Assembly: GCA_965178125.1 (NCBI GenBank)
Contig: OZ237745.1
Coordinates: forward strand, 806,001-870,000
Source of the DNA: Bilabrum cf. latius
Taxonomy: Eukaryota
Length of the DNA stretch: 64,000 bases
Direction of reading: 5' to 3'
Shown here: positions 38,178 through 50,974 of the stretch, in pieces
How positions within the stretch are numbered: position 1 is the first letter of the stretch
Layout of the letters: every line of letters begins with the position of its first letter
Position numbers and translations under genes: made by a program
The notes under the pieces: generated by a model
Told to the model about the DNA's origin: nothing
The model's database searches: none
Seen by the model: the letters and a program-made list of their open reading frames with translations, nothing else

Positions 38178-40817
38178 TCATTTTCTACCCCGCCCTCGCC
38201 CTCTACCCCTGCCTCGGCCTCTGCCCCGTCCGCCCAGCTTCTTGCTGCTGGCACTGGAGCCATACGCTTTCATGCCCTTGCTGAGCATTCTCTCCTGCTT
38301 CCTCTTCCTCTTCGCCTCGGCCTCCAGCTCCCTGTCGTACTCTTCCAGCTCTTCGGGGGTCATTGCAGCCCGCTTGTCGCGCTCCGCTTGCTCCTTGGCC
38401 CGCTGCTCGGCCTTCTTCTGCTCGGCCTGAGCCTCGAGCCACTGCCTTCTTCGCTCGTCATCGTCTGTGCTGAGCCCAACACCGCCAGCAGCAGCACCCT
38501 CAGCACCTGACACAGACCCAGACCCCTCACCGTCGCTGCCTTCCGAAGCCTACCCGCCTTCCAGGTCGTCTTCCGACCCCTCCTCGTACTGGTAGCTCTG
38601 CCCCCGCTCCCGCCCGCCATCCACACCAGACCCCGCCCTGGATCTGCCACCGGAACCCCCTCCGTCTCCACCGCCGGAGGATGCCTTGCGATCAGATCCT
38701 GAGAGCCCCAATGCGAAGCCCCCACCCGACCGCCTGCCGCCCCTGCCTCGTCCTCGCCCTCTGCCCCTACCAGCCGATCTAGTGCTGCCAGGGGATGATG
38801 CTCGGCTCGATGAGGGTGTCGTGGCTCTGCTTGTTCCCTAGCTTGTTCCCCGGCTGGCAGGCGTTCCCGTTTCGATGTCGCCGTCCCGAACAGTCTGGTC
38901 CCGGGCGTTGCTGGCCGCCGCACCATTGCCTGCGATCAGTGGGCAAATTAGAAGGCGAAAACACGAGAAATGTGAAGGGCGGTTGCAAACTAGTGTGGGC
39001 GGATGTGCATGCATTGGGTTCAGATGGGTGGCGGGGGCTGGAGGAGGTCGAGCGGGGCGTCCGCTGTAAAGGGGGTCGTGTGATCCATGGTAGATCCTGA
39101 ACTGGGTCTTGCTGCTGATGCTCATCCACACGCTGATGCTCGAGAGATGCTGCACCGCCGATGTGAACCGTGGACCTCGTGGCAGCACGTCGAAGGACGG
39201 GAGCGAGAACCTGGCAGCCGCCAAACGGCAGCAGCAGCAGCAGCAGAGCAGCAGCAGCAGCACCATAGGCCGGCTAGCCGCCTTGCCAGGACCAACACCT
39301 AATATCAGATGATGACCCGTGCAGATCGCCACGGCTTGCGCTAAGCCGGTGGTGTACCCGGCCACCCGACCGCTGGCCGCACGCCTTGCAAACACCACGA
39401 CCCCTTGCCTTGTTTGCCCCGCCGAAATGCAACGCATTGCGATGCATTGCAGTCGTCTCACCCTCACTCTCTTCAAGTGGCCGAGCACTGTCACGCGGAG
39501 CCATTGCTCCGTTAGAGCTGGACGAGGGTACGGCGGGCTCCGTGGCTCGGCGGCGGGCGCCATTGCTGCGAGCCTTTGCAGTTGCCTCGTCGCCTGGGGA
39601 CAATCCATGGGTGAGCAGCAATCCAGTTTCCATGGATGCTCTCCTTGTGCGACTACGCCTGGATTCTTGCCGAGAAATGCTCTTGCGACCGTCGGGGTAG
39701 AGCACCTGCTTCGCCGCGATGGCGTCACCCACGCTGCTGTCGCTCTCCTCCACTGGCACGCCGCTCGTGCTACCACCGAGCAAGTGCTCCTGCTGAAGCC
39801 CTTGGTTTTGCTCGCCCGCACGTGCACCGGCCTCATGAGCATCTGGATCGGGCCCGCCTTCCCAAGCTCCTTCTTCTGCACCACCCTGCTCACTCGCCCC
39901 GATGCTGCCGCCAGAGTGCTCGCTCCTCCTCAAGTGCTCCGCAAATCGGCCCGAACTCCTCCTCTACCCCGCCATTACCAGGGATCGCTTGCGCTGGGGT
40001 GCCTCGGAAATCGAACCGTTTCGCGGACCGGCCGCACTTTCTGTTGGTTGTTCATTCTCACCTCTGCTCTGTCTGCTGCGGCCAACACCAAACGAGCCAT
40101 TCCGACCCCCACCCCGTCCCCGTCCTTGCAAGCCACGCCGACCGGCCTCGCTTCCCGAGTCCGACGAAGGAGACGCTGCAAGCCCGCGCTGCAACGCATC
40201 TTCTTTGCGCTGACGATTTCGCTTTGAGGCTGGCGAGCTGTCACGGTCACTTGCCTCACGTGCTTTTTTAACAGCAGCATCCCTAGCCGCCTTTACTATT
40301 GCCTGATTCGCATCAAATACCAAGTCTCCAATAAGACACATGTCAATCAACCAGCCAAAAACCAAGTAGTTCAGGGTGATCGCCCTGATCAGCGCGTCAT
40401 CGGTACCAAGGTAAAACCGATGACCTGCAAATAGCCCTGTCAAAAGCCATAGCACGTACGCGACCCCACTAGATTTAATCGGAGCATCAGAATAATCAAC
40501 GGTCTGCGTGAGGAAGGTACTCGAGCGGTAATTGAACCAACGGTAGCTTCACTCGGACCAGCAGTGCGTCTCCCAGGGACCCGCCACTCACAAGCTTGCC
40601 ATACACTGGGTCTTCAATGTACTCAATACCAGCACGTTGGCCACCGCTTTCATCGTGAACGTCCGAGATTCCTTCTCGTCTCTGAAGCTCGGCTTCCTCC
40701 GCTGCGAAGTCACCTGCGGCTCGAGATGCAGGTCAGGGCGCATCTCAAGGCTTGATTACCGCCGTGCACCAAGAGCCTTGCGAACACATACATGGCATAC
40801 AAAGTCTCACGCGGCAT
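38178..40817 (-). CDS. TM2-domain protein with a long low-complexity/RG-rich C-terminus; internal splice structure uncertain
   Basis: ATG 40817 and two short introns give MPRDFAAEEAELQRRE...YGKLTVDYSDAPIKSSGVAYVLWLLTGLFAGHRFYLG (TM2 motif). A final exon begins at a strong acceptor at 38930 and runs via TAG 38838 and ~38550 to GRGRK-TGA at 38178. Confidence 0.6.
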
Positions 40818-40956
40818 GAATATCTCAGTAATTGAATATTTGGTGCGGAATATGGAACCCATGGGTCAACGGAACCGCCGTCGCCACAGATAGCGTGCTG
40901 TTTGCGCGGAGCACGGCGGATACCGGGAGCCTTCTCTAGTCCATAGGTTGGATAGT

Positions 40957-41709
40957 ATGGCCGAATCAGGAGCAGGAGATGGTCATAAAGGTGCTAGAGA
41001 ATCTGAATCGAAGGAGGATCCCGATACTAGACGATTGGAGCTTGAGCTGCACCAGGCTGTTCGAGAGGGCGATAAATCGAAGACTCTGTTCCTCCTAAAT
41101 CGAGGCGTTTCTGCCGTTGCTGACGATGGCTATGGATCTCAGCCCCTTCATAAGGCATCTGCAAATGGTCATACGGATGTCGTTCGTGTTCTCCTGGAGG
41201 CTGGAGCGCCAAATGCGCCAAACCGTAGTGGCAATACACCGCTGCACTGGGCTTGCTAGCTTGGGCATGAAGACGTTGTTGAGACATTATTGAAGCATTT
41301 CGGCGAAGCGCTAGACGTTCTGTAGAAAAATAAGTTTGGTAGAACTGCTTTAACGGAAGCAATGTCTGCGGAACATGAAACAATTGTGCAGTTGCTGTTG
41401 AAGCACTCTTCAGTTGGCAAGGCTCTGCCAAAGGCAGAGGAGGCAAGTGCCGATGACGTCGCGGAGACTGAAGCACCCACTGATTCTACATCTACTGGGG
41501 ATGGCCCCGCCGCGGGATCATCGTCATCCGCGGCTGGTGGTGGCGCATCCGGAGAGTCCGAGGCTGCAAAAGAAGCAGGTGCCTCGGCAGACCACGGGGG
41601 CGAGGACGGGGACGCTGCAGCCAAATCCAGCTCTGCAGCACCTGAATCTAAGGGTAGCGCATCAAGTGCCGCGGGAACGAGCAGCTCCGCCGAAGCTTCG
41701 CCAACTTGA
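40957..41709 (+). CDS. Ankyrin-repeat protein (YAR1-like)
   Basis: GSQPLHKASANGHTDVVRVLL, GNTPLHWAC[TAG]LGHEDVVETLL, DVL[TAG]KNKFGRTALTEA; acidic tail; ends TGA. Confidence 0.85.
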
Positions 41710-41891
41710 GGTGTATTCGCACGTGCCTTCCTGAGAGCGCCTTGGGCCAGCCTGTTGATTCGTCCTGAATTTGTTTTACAACGTAGATCTAGCACCAAGT
41801 TCAACTTACGTTACAATGGGGTGTCAGAACGGGTTGTATCTCACGTCCACAAAACATGCCTCCTGGCGCTGTGCATTCAAAATGGGGAAAA

Positions 41892-43017
41892 TCACGTTTC
41901 TTTACCAGCGAAGCCAGGTGCTGCCGCACCACCAGTGGCACTGGCGGAGCTTGATGACGCTGCTCGGTCGGACGCTGCCGGCGAACCTGCTTTCGAATCT
42001 TCACCAGCCGTAGATGCTGCAGCTTCCTTTCGTAAACCCTTGACTATGTCTGCCCACTCCTCGTCTTCGATTTCCTCGAGTTTTCCTACGCGTTTCTCGA
42101 TGCGGCGTGCGCGCAGCTGCTCCCCCAGGTGTGCTCGCTTCCGCTAGGAAGCAAGGCAACCAGCGAAGCTGTTCCCCGTCAGCTTGCCCTTCGCCGCTGC
42201 CGCGGTGGCCCCTGCGCGACCGGCGGCGGCGGCGACTTCAGACAATGTGTCACCGTCCCAGAATTTGGCAATGCCTGGGGGCACCACTTGGCGTATCTCA
42301 GTGTCCCATGCGGGGTCGTCGGGCTGTGTGACTGCTGCTATCTCGAGTCGCATTCGGTATGCATCGCTGCCGTTGAGGTAGTACTTTGGAAGCAGTTTGT
42401 CTGTCGTGAGACCCAGCCCAGCATAAAGCCTCCTTGCTGAGCTGTTGACACCTTCCACTTCCAGCACGATCTCCTGCGCGTGGTCCACTCGCACCATCGA
42501 GTAGATGGACGCTGCTACCATTGTCTACGCCAGTCCCATTCGCCTATAATCATCTCTGATAGCAAGCATTCCAATGTATCCCCTCTTCTTTCCGGCTTCG
42601 CCGGTTCGTTTCACCCTAGCAGCGACCCTGCTGATGCAAACTCCAACTACCTCCTCCCCCTTGGTTTCCTCGGATTCACGCGGCTTTCCAGCCACAAATC
42701 TAAAGTCGGGTGTGATGTCAATCGACTTTGAATTCTCTCGATTCGATACGGCCTGCTAGTATCGATACAAAGACTGTGGATGCCAAGCTGTTGCACTTAT
42801 GGAGGAACCACTGCAAGAAGAACCCAAACAGCAAACTCACCAGCAAGCAAAGGTGTGGACTTTCCTAAACGAATGATCTGTACGTAAACACGCTGTAGGG
42901 CTCCGACAGATCCTTTGCAACAAGCTCCATAGCAATGGCCAAGTCAGCATCATCTTCCATGGTGCGAAACCGGACGTTTCCCCGCCTCTCGACCCGCTCC
43001 TCCTTAGTCAGTGCCAT
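41892..43017 (-). CDS. NAA30: N-alpha-acetyltransferase NatC catalytic subunit (NAA30/MAK3); one intron
   Basis: KDLSEPYSVFTYR, RGYIGMLAIRDDYRRMGLA, EIVLEVEGVNSSARRLYAGLG, KLLPKYYLNGSDAYR. In-frame TAG at 42865, ~42525 and 42144; ends TGA 41892. Confidence 0.9.
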
Positions 43018-43374
43018 CCTATTGCACGGGTTCGCACTTTGAAGCTGATCAAACTCGCACAATTTGATCGTTTGGGGCAGCAGAGACCATGGCATCCGCA
43101 AAGGTAGCGTGCAGATTCGAACAAAACTTGGGACGGCGATGCTTGGTGGATACTTTGAACTCTAGCCCACCAGTTGCACGGCTTCTGTTTGATTTTTGAT
43201 AAGTCTATTCAATATCGTGCGGGCTAGGGCTGATCAGGGGCCAGGCCGACCTGCAGGGCGTTCTGCACATTTTTTGAATTATTGCAGCAGACTATACCTG
43301 GAGCTAGCGCGTATCAAATGGACCGAGCACTCGAACTCGTTTGCAGCGCACCAGCATCTAGGCAACAACAATTT

Positions 43375-46300
43375 ATGAGCTAGACGTACGATGCTGCCGG
43401 CGTGCACTACAGGTGGACTTTGCAGCAGGCAACTCGGATGGTTGTGGCTACCTCCCCATCAGGATCAGAATGGAGCCAGGTGCTCCCATTCGAACCTATA
43501 GGAATTTATCGATTGTCAGTTGCGGGAGGTGTCGTGATTTTTGGGTTCGAGTGTTCAGGGCAAACGAACGGGGGGGGACGGCTCGTTGCTGCTGTCTTGC
43601 AGCACCCGATGGAAGCCCCCGCCTTTGTCAGGTTCACAAGGGATGGTGGTTCCCGAAGTTTGTCTCTATAGCACTTTGATTTTTAGGAAGGCCTGTTAAT
43701 TGTTTTTGACCGCTCTGCTCAGCGCCACGCCGTGCTCAAGATCCGAGGACCAGACGGCACCTCCCATCAACACGCATGGGAGGGTTCGCAGCAGGGACAG
43801 CTGCCAGTGGGAGAACATGAGAAACCTGCAGCAACTGCTCTATCCCGGGAAGCATCTACTGGCACCGTCGCATCGGTCGGATCGCGGGGCCCCGCAGTGC
43901 CCATGCACATGAATGCGCCGCGACAAGCAGACAAGGGAGGCGGGCTGTCGCTGGGCAGGAAAGGGAGCGGCCGAGCCGCTGCCTTCCGCTCGCCTGAACA
44001 CGCCGCACTCGCTGACGCTCGATCCGACCGGATGCTCCTATCCTCAAGCCCGAGCGCTATCGCCTCTGTTCTTCGCCAGGGCAGTGGAGCCAAAAGGAAC
44101 GTCAGCAGCCGAGACAGCTTCGGCGGCCGAGCAAGCCTGGGCGCAAGGGCTCGACTCGACTTCCCAGGGCGCAGGCTGCAGCGGAAGAACTCGGGGAACA
44201 AGGGTGGTGTGACGAGCATGGATGGCGGGGCTGTGCAGCTCACTCCGTCGCTCCCTGCCTCTGCTGGTTCCAAAGGCAGGGGCGGGCCGGTGCAGGAGAA
44301 TATGCCGGGCCTGGGGCGAGTTAGCGCTGCCACGGGCGCCTCTAGCTCGGTCCAGGCGACGGGCAGGAATAATGGGAAGAGAGGCTTTGGTGCCAATGGT
44401 AGGATGTTGTCTCAGGTAGGTGCTGCCATGGAGCGTGCGGGTGTGATCGCTGCGGGGAGGCTCGGACCGAGCCGAGCACTGCCTTCACTAGCGTCGATCG
44501 GTATCGAATCCGAGCCCAAGAAAACCGCGTTGGGAGAGTTATCATCTCGCGGGGGGTTGCATTGGAGCATGAAGCCTTCGGGGTATCGTTTCGATCTCTT
44601 TGCAGCGGATCGTCTTGGACACCTCGGTCGATAGCCATGCGGCAAGGTATTGGTACACAGCAGTTTCAATGTGTCTGGCAAGTCGTGCTGCGTCACTGGG
44701 CTCGTTCCTGGTACCAGGGACGATGGTGGGGAAAGCGATGTAGTTGTGTGCAACCTGGATCTGGACAGCAGCGGGGACGCTGTGCAGCCAACTCTGCAGC
44801 TTGCACGGAGGGTGCGGAGTTGTGCGGGCGTTTCGACTGGGCCAGCCACAGCCTTGTTCAGGCGAGCAGCGATTGGGGACCGTATCTTGTACGTGGCGCA
44901 GATAGTGCGGTCCTTGTCCCATTCTGGTGGGAGGGATGGCAGCACAGAGATTGTCTGTGTTCGAGCCATGGCTGGCCCATCTTGCATCCGCACAGCGTGG
45001 TGCGGTCCACCAACTGATCCAGGATACCGTGGCAGTTAGGCACTCTCGCTACTGGACGAGGGCTCCCAGAATCACCCCACTGACACTCCAGCTAGATAGT
45101 CACTAAGCGGGTACATGCCTGTTGTGGCTATGTCACCAACATCCGGCGCAGCTGCAGCCCTTGCGAGCAAGCTGCATGCAAGTGCCACAAGGACACGACT
45201 ACTACCAGGTGACCAATTCACCTCTACATGGCTGCAGTTGACCGCCGATGCGGTTCCACGTAGCGCTGGGATAGAACTGCTCCGGTGCATCGATGAGCTG
45301 GTGACAAGGCTGACTGCGGGGCCGGGGGACGCGGTCATGGTCAAGACAGTGGTTGAGTCGCCAGACGGCGACATGATCGGGCATGCTGTTGTAATGGCAA
45401 CGTTGCCGGATCATAGCAATGTCATGATAGCAAGAGAGACTGCCGGAGCGAGCGCGGTTCTTGGCTGCCTCGAGTGCCTGGCACAGCTGACTGAGACCGT
45501 CAGCGAGCTGGATCGGCTCGAAGTGTCGAAGGCGCTGCGCAGTGATGCCTAGCAAAAGCTCGGTGTTCGTCTGGTTGCTAGCACCGCCGCAGCCAGCAGC
45601 CTTGCATGCGCTGCGCGAGCTGCCAGAGAGGGCTTGCTAGCATAGGGGCAAGACAAAAGGGCGCAGCTTCCGGTTGCACTTGGTGTCGGCTTGGCACGGG
45701 CTGATGGTAGCGTGGTGCATTGCAAGCACCTGCAGCAACCATGTGAGCGAGCCCTGGTAGCTAGTGGCTTTCCCCTGCTACGGCGCATGTCATAGGTCCA
45801 TGACAGGATGCAGCTGCTGTCTAGCGCCTGCGATGGCATTTTGCCTTTCGCTGCCGTGCAAGAGGCAAGGCTCTCCGTTGTGCAATCTGCTGCTGAAGAA
45901 ATACTATTTCCAAGTGGTCCTGACGGTGCACTGCGGTTGCTGGTCCCAGTCGAAGAAGGCGGGTAGTCCTCCGCTGATTTGGCGCTGCAGCACGCAGGTG
46001 ATCTTCAAGAGTGGCCTGGCGGTTATAGCGGACTGTCCGCGTCGTCTCTGGCTAGATTTGAACGTCTGGCTCGGCAGCTGGCCAAGTTGGCTTGTCGACA
46101 GTGTCCACCAAAGCACTGGGATGAGTCGAAGCTGGGGGCTGTGGGACGGCACGACCTCGCGTACCTGAGGCAAGCTGGGCGTGTCGGCGGCGTAGGGTCT
46201 CAAGCGGGTGCAGTTGCAGTCGGCTTCGCGATCGCGACCGGCTTGGTGGAGTCCGAACTCGGTCCTGCAACTCTGGGAACCAACGACGAGCACCTGAACG

Positions 46301-49300
46301 AGATTGTGAGGCAGCAGGGCTTCCTGTCGGCGGGGTCCTCCGGCGACAGCAGGGACGTGGATGGCCTGCAGTCTCTTCCTGACATCATGTCGCTGCGATT
46401 CCCTGAGGATCGCCGTGCCCAGATCGTGGCTTCTGCGCTGCAGTCTTCGAGGGCGCAGCCAATCGTGCTATCGGACGGTGACCTCCAGCTCATCCAGCAG
46501 GATCCAAGCACAGACATCGCGCAGCTGAGGCAGACGAGGCTGCTGCTGATGGCTCGCCGGACGTGTGCCGCTGCCGCAGGCAGGGGTAGTCTTACGGTAG
46601 GCACGCTGATTCCATCGACATCCACCGGGATCTGCGTCCCGCCCATCGTGATGCACGGGGTGACTCGTTCCGGCAAGAAAGTGGTCATTGATTTTAGCGC
46701 CGTTGCCTCCATTTAGTACAGCATCACGGACCTCCCAGAGTTCCTCAATGGCTTTGCCGCTGCGATTCGGGTGCAACCGGCCGGGCTGCCGCCTGCCATG
46801 AGGCGAGAATGGGTCCTCCGGCACGTTCCACACGAGGCCTCGTACTCGGCGGGGGGTGTGTTGATGGGCCTGGGCGTGCATGGGCTGCTGCATGCAATGG
46901 CACCGACCGATCTGTTTGAGATACTCTCGCGCCGGCACATCGGGCTAACCTCTGGCGTGCTTCTGGGCCTCGCGGCGGGTGCGCGCTGCACACAGGATTC
47001 GATGGTCTCCAAGGCAGTGAGCCTGCACCTGCCGGCCATACTGCCCGACCTGTACCAGGATGTCAGCCTGCAGCCCATGGTGCAAACCTGCGCGCTGCTG
47101 GGCCTCGGGATGGTGTATGAGGGCACGGCGCACAAGATCATGGCGAAGTTCTGTCTCGATGAGATCGGGCAGGACGTGCGGACCAAGCCCGTACTCGGCA
47201 ACGAGGCATATTCGCTCGCAGCTGGCATGGCTCTGGGATACATTGGGCTCGCACAAGGCAGCAGACCCTCAGGCCTGCAGGACCTTGCCATGATATCACG
47301 GCTGCGCACGCTGGCGTGGGGGGGCACTGACGCCGAGATGCACAGGTCGGCCCATGCCGAGATTGACGCGCCAGACACCATGCTGCGGTAGCCTCGCGTG
47401 CGCATGCACCTTACGGCAGCACCGGCGGTTGTGGCCCTCGGCCTCATATACATGAGGACCGGTTTGCCAGCAGCTGCCGAGGCGCTCAAGCTGCCAGACT
47501 CGCTTGAGGCCCTACGACCTGTGCGTCCTGACGTGGCGCTGCTCCGAGTGACCTCACACGCGCTGGTGTGCTGGGACGAGGTGGAGCCCACTCTTGACTG
47601 GGTGAAAGAGCAGATTCCATGGGGCGTGCGGTGCATCATGGCGACGAGAAAAGGGGTCGAAGAGAAGGCGCTGGCGCAGCAAGGCGGCGGACAGGGCGGG
47701 CTGGCGGCGGTCATGGCCCTTGCTGACGGGGACAGCGGGAACGAAGACAGCGACGATGACCTGTGCGACCCAAGCCAGGCGGCTCCAAGCATCGATGCAT
47801 CAGCCGATGCGAACCCAGAATCACCCGAAGGTGGACGGGCAGCAAGGGGCTCCACGGGTTTGGAGCAGGAGCGGAGGCGCATCGCGCGGCAAAGGGAAGC
47901 TCTCCGGGCTAGACGTGCCAAGCTGCACGAGCAGACTGGCTTTGCGCACGGCAAAGACCTGCCGTTTCAGGGGCCGTCCGTGGACGCGGCTGACCTGGCC
48001 CTGTTGGACGAGAGGGCATGCCGAGAGATCCACGCGTACTGCCTGGGAGGTGCAGCCCTTGCCCTCGGGCTTCGATTCGCGGGTTCGTGTAACCACGAAG
48101 CGCGCGACACGCTTCTGCAGCTCATGCTTCACTTCGAATCCATTCGAGTGAAGGACGAGAAGGACCTCCACTCCATGCGAGCTGCCATTGCGCTGCCGCA
48201 CGGGGACGTCGTCCGGAGGCAGAGAAGTCGACGTGGCATGACGCACGTGGTGCGCAAGGTAGGCTCAGAGGGGGAGACAGTCGTGGAGCAGGACCTGGCT
48301 GCAGCCGTCGACGGCATGCCAGAGACGTGGGAGGGCAAGCTGCCTTCCTTCAGGGCATTGGCTAGAATCAGGGCACAGCATAGCCTGGTGGAAACATGCC
48401 GCGGGTGTGTCGTCCTCGCTCTTGGCATGGTGATGGCTGGAACCGGCGACACCTCGAGCCTTCGCTGCATCCGCGCAGCGCGGTTCAAGCTCTCTAGAGG
48501 CATGGACTATGGCCACCACATCGCACAGCAGCTGGGTCTCGGGCTGCTGTTCATGGGCGCATCTCGCTGTAGCCTGTCCTCATCTCCTGATGCAGTGGCC
48601 ATGCTGTATTCAGCCGCGATGCCTTACTTTCCGTTCGGATCTGGCGACAGCAGGTTTCACCCCTAGCCGGCCAGGGCCCTGTGGGCGTGCGCCGCAGACA
48701 GGCGCTGCCTAGACCTCGTCGATTCGCGCACCGGCAGCGCTGTGCGCACCAGCGTGGTGCTATCTGTTGTATCTGGGAGAGTGTCCACGGAGCGGTCTGG
48801 CGGCGGTTCCACCACAGGGCAGCCGCCGGCCCTGCCGTGCTGCGATGCCTTGCAGCCTTGTAGGACCCCAAAGGACGTTGGTGTCGCGGCACGTGAGGCT
48901 GGGCTGCTCGTTCAGAGCTTCAAGGCAACCTCACCCGTCCTGCTGCCTCCGCTGTACCTTGTGGCTGGCATTACCGTGACGGATCCGAAGTTCCATGATC
49001 TGCTGGTGCTCCCAAGGTTCAGCGAGGAGCACGCCCGGGCGCTGACTGCTGGGGATGCTGAGTTGAGAGCGTCAGGCGGTGGTGCCAGCGAGCAAGGGGT
49101 CAGCGCTGGTATGGCAGCGACTGGCACGGCTGGCTCGGGTCATGCCGGTGACCCGATGTTGGATGTGCGCTCCCCTGCGTTCGGAGACCAGTTGGCGGCA
49201 GGAGCGCCAGCGATCCTGTGCGTGCGATGCACCGCAGGCTGCTCCTTGCTGGTGGAACCAAGGTCCGTAGATCTGAGTCCTTCTGGGATCCAGAAAGCTA

Positions 49301-49947
49301 GAGAGCAGGTCGCAGCCGTGCTGAGCACGAGCTCGGCGCCCTTGGTAGGCAGTATCCATGGAAGTAGCCATAACGCGCAGCAGTTTGGCGGCCATGGCGA
49401 TGCCGGTGTGTCTGCTGGTGCCTTTGAGGAGATCGATAGCGCTGACACGGACGCCATGGCTCTCCTCTTCGGTACAGTGGGCTAGCGGCAACACGGCCCT
49501 AGCTCAGGTGCTGGAGCTGGCGACGGTTCGTCACTCGGAGCAAGTACCCGCAAAGGGAGGAGGAGCAGGAGCGACACGGTTCCATCCCCCAGCCTTCGAC
49601 AAGGTGCGATGGTAAGCTCGGAGGCAGCCTGCATTCGAGCCAGTGTGGCGATCGGCCTCGAGGACACTGCTGGCGTGTCCGCCGCGATCGTCGGTGCGGG
49701 GGAGGGTTCGATCGCCTTGGAGGCGTTGCGAAGGCGCTCCGAAGTCGCGGCAGAGCGCGCTGCGTCGCGGGCGGGAACTGAGGATGGGGCCAGGGAGCGT
49801 GCGCTCTGCACGGCGTGCTAGGCAGTGTCCATGTGTCTCGAAGCGGGGAGTGCAGCCGCGGCAGGGCTGGGGTGTGATGATACAGATTCTTCGGTGGAAG
49901 ATTTGCTGGCTGGATTTGAGGCCGCTGAGGTGCTTCGGGGCCTATGA
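43375..49947 (+). CDS. APC1: Anaphase-promoting complex subunit 1 (APC1), ~2190 aa, intronless, 15 in-frame TAG
   Basis: LRFPEDRR, RRTCAAAAGRG, PEFLNGFAAAIR, GGVLMGLGVHG, SGVLLGLAA, VQTCALLGLGMVYEGTAH, AYSLAAGMALG, TAAPAVVALGLIYMRT, VRPDVALLR, ALGLRFAGS, VMAGTGD, DSRFHP[TAG]PARALW. Single frame from 43375 to TGA 49945-49947. 5' end provisional. Confidence 0.9.
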
Positions 49948-50974
49948 GACACATCCCCTCGATAGCTTTTCTGCTGATTTCTGGCCTACGCTGTCAGGAC
50001 AACACCTGGTCGGGTCGAAATCTGCCGCCTCTGGTCCCTTCTGCCTCTTCTTCCGAAGATTTTTGAACACCGAAAGGATGTTTACATGCTTCTTAGATCG
50101 ATGTGCGCCATCGCCTGCTTCAACGGGCCAGGTTCGGGGGGAGCTGATATTTTGTGGACTCAACTCAAAAGCGCACGCTATCGCGAAGAAACATCTGGAA
50201 CGAGGGCCCGGGACCTACCAGACTTCACGCTTCAGCTGCAATGGCCTAAACCACCTAAAGCTCCACCCTGGGGACCCATTTCCCCTTGGGGAGCGTCAGC
50301 ATTCACGTTCCCTCCGGTGCTCGCTGCCGGCACCCCGTCCTGCTGCCCGTTCTGAGCCAACCCTGCCTTGACGTTGGCGATCGCCACGGCGAGTTTGTTG
50401 TTTTCGGCTGCCCCTACAGCCAGGCTGGCAAAGTCCTGCCGGACAAGTATTGTAGTGTGCGATTTATGAATTCACGAACAAGAAGGGTGGGCAGTTCAGG
50501 GGTTAAAAAACGTGAAAGTGGAGAGAGAACTGGAATCGAAGCACAACTTCCCAACTACAACGATTGTGGAGAGAGAGAATTATCTACAAGTTCGAGACGC
50601 GATACCCTAGAATTTCGCGATTCAATGGTTGGAGACTCTCCCAATGGAGAGGATCTGGTCCAGACACCCGGCGGGGTCATCTGGTTGGCAAGGTGGATAG
50701 CAAGGGGAGACACAGATTGGGCAGGTCGAGGGTTGTGTTGTTGGGTTAGGCCTATTGGGCTGAATCATGAAGCGCTCCGAACGATCGGAGCGCCTCCAGA
50801 CAGTGATCGGATCACTTCTTCCAAGATGATGAGCCACGTCACCTCCAGGCTCTGAGTGCAGGGAGTCCCGTTGTTAGCACCATGAAGCGAGGGATAGTGA
50901 ACACCATCCCACTTGTACATGCCCTTGGCAAGACCAACCCCGCGCTTGTGCATTTGCTGCCCGGCCCAAGGTGC

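Noticed and set aside
49950-50970. Possible gene or mobile-element remnant in the longest intergenic gap (ORFs 50286..50855, 49643..50371)
   Set aside because: No recognisable motif, repeat ends or coding-like composition. It cannot be supported without a database search.
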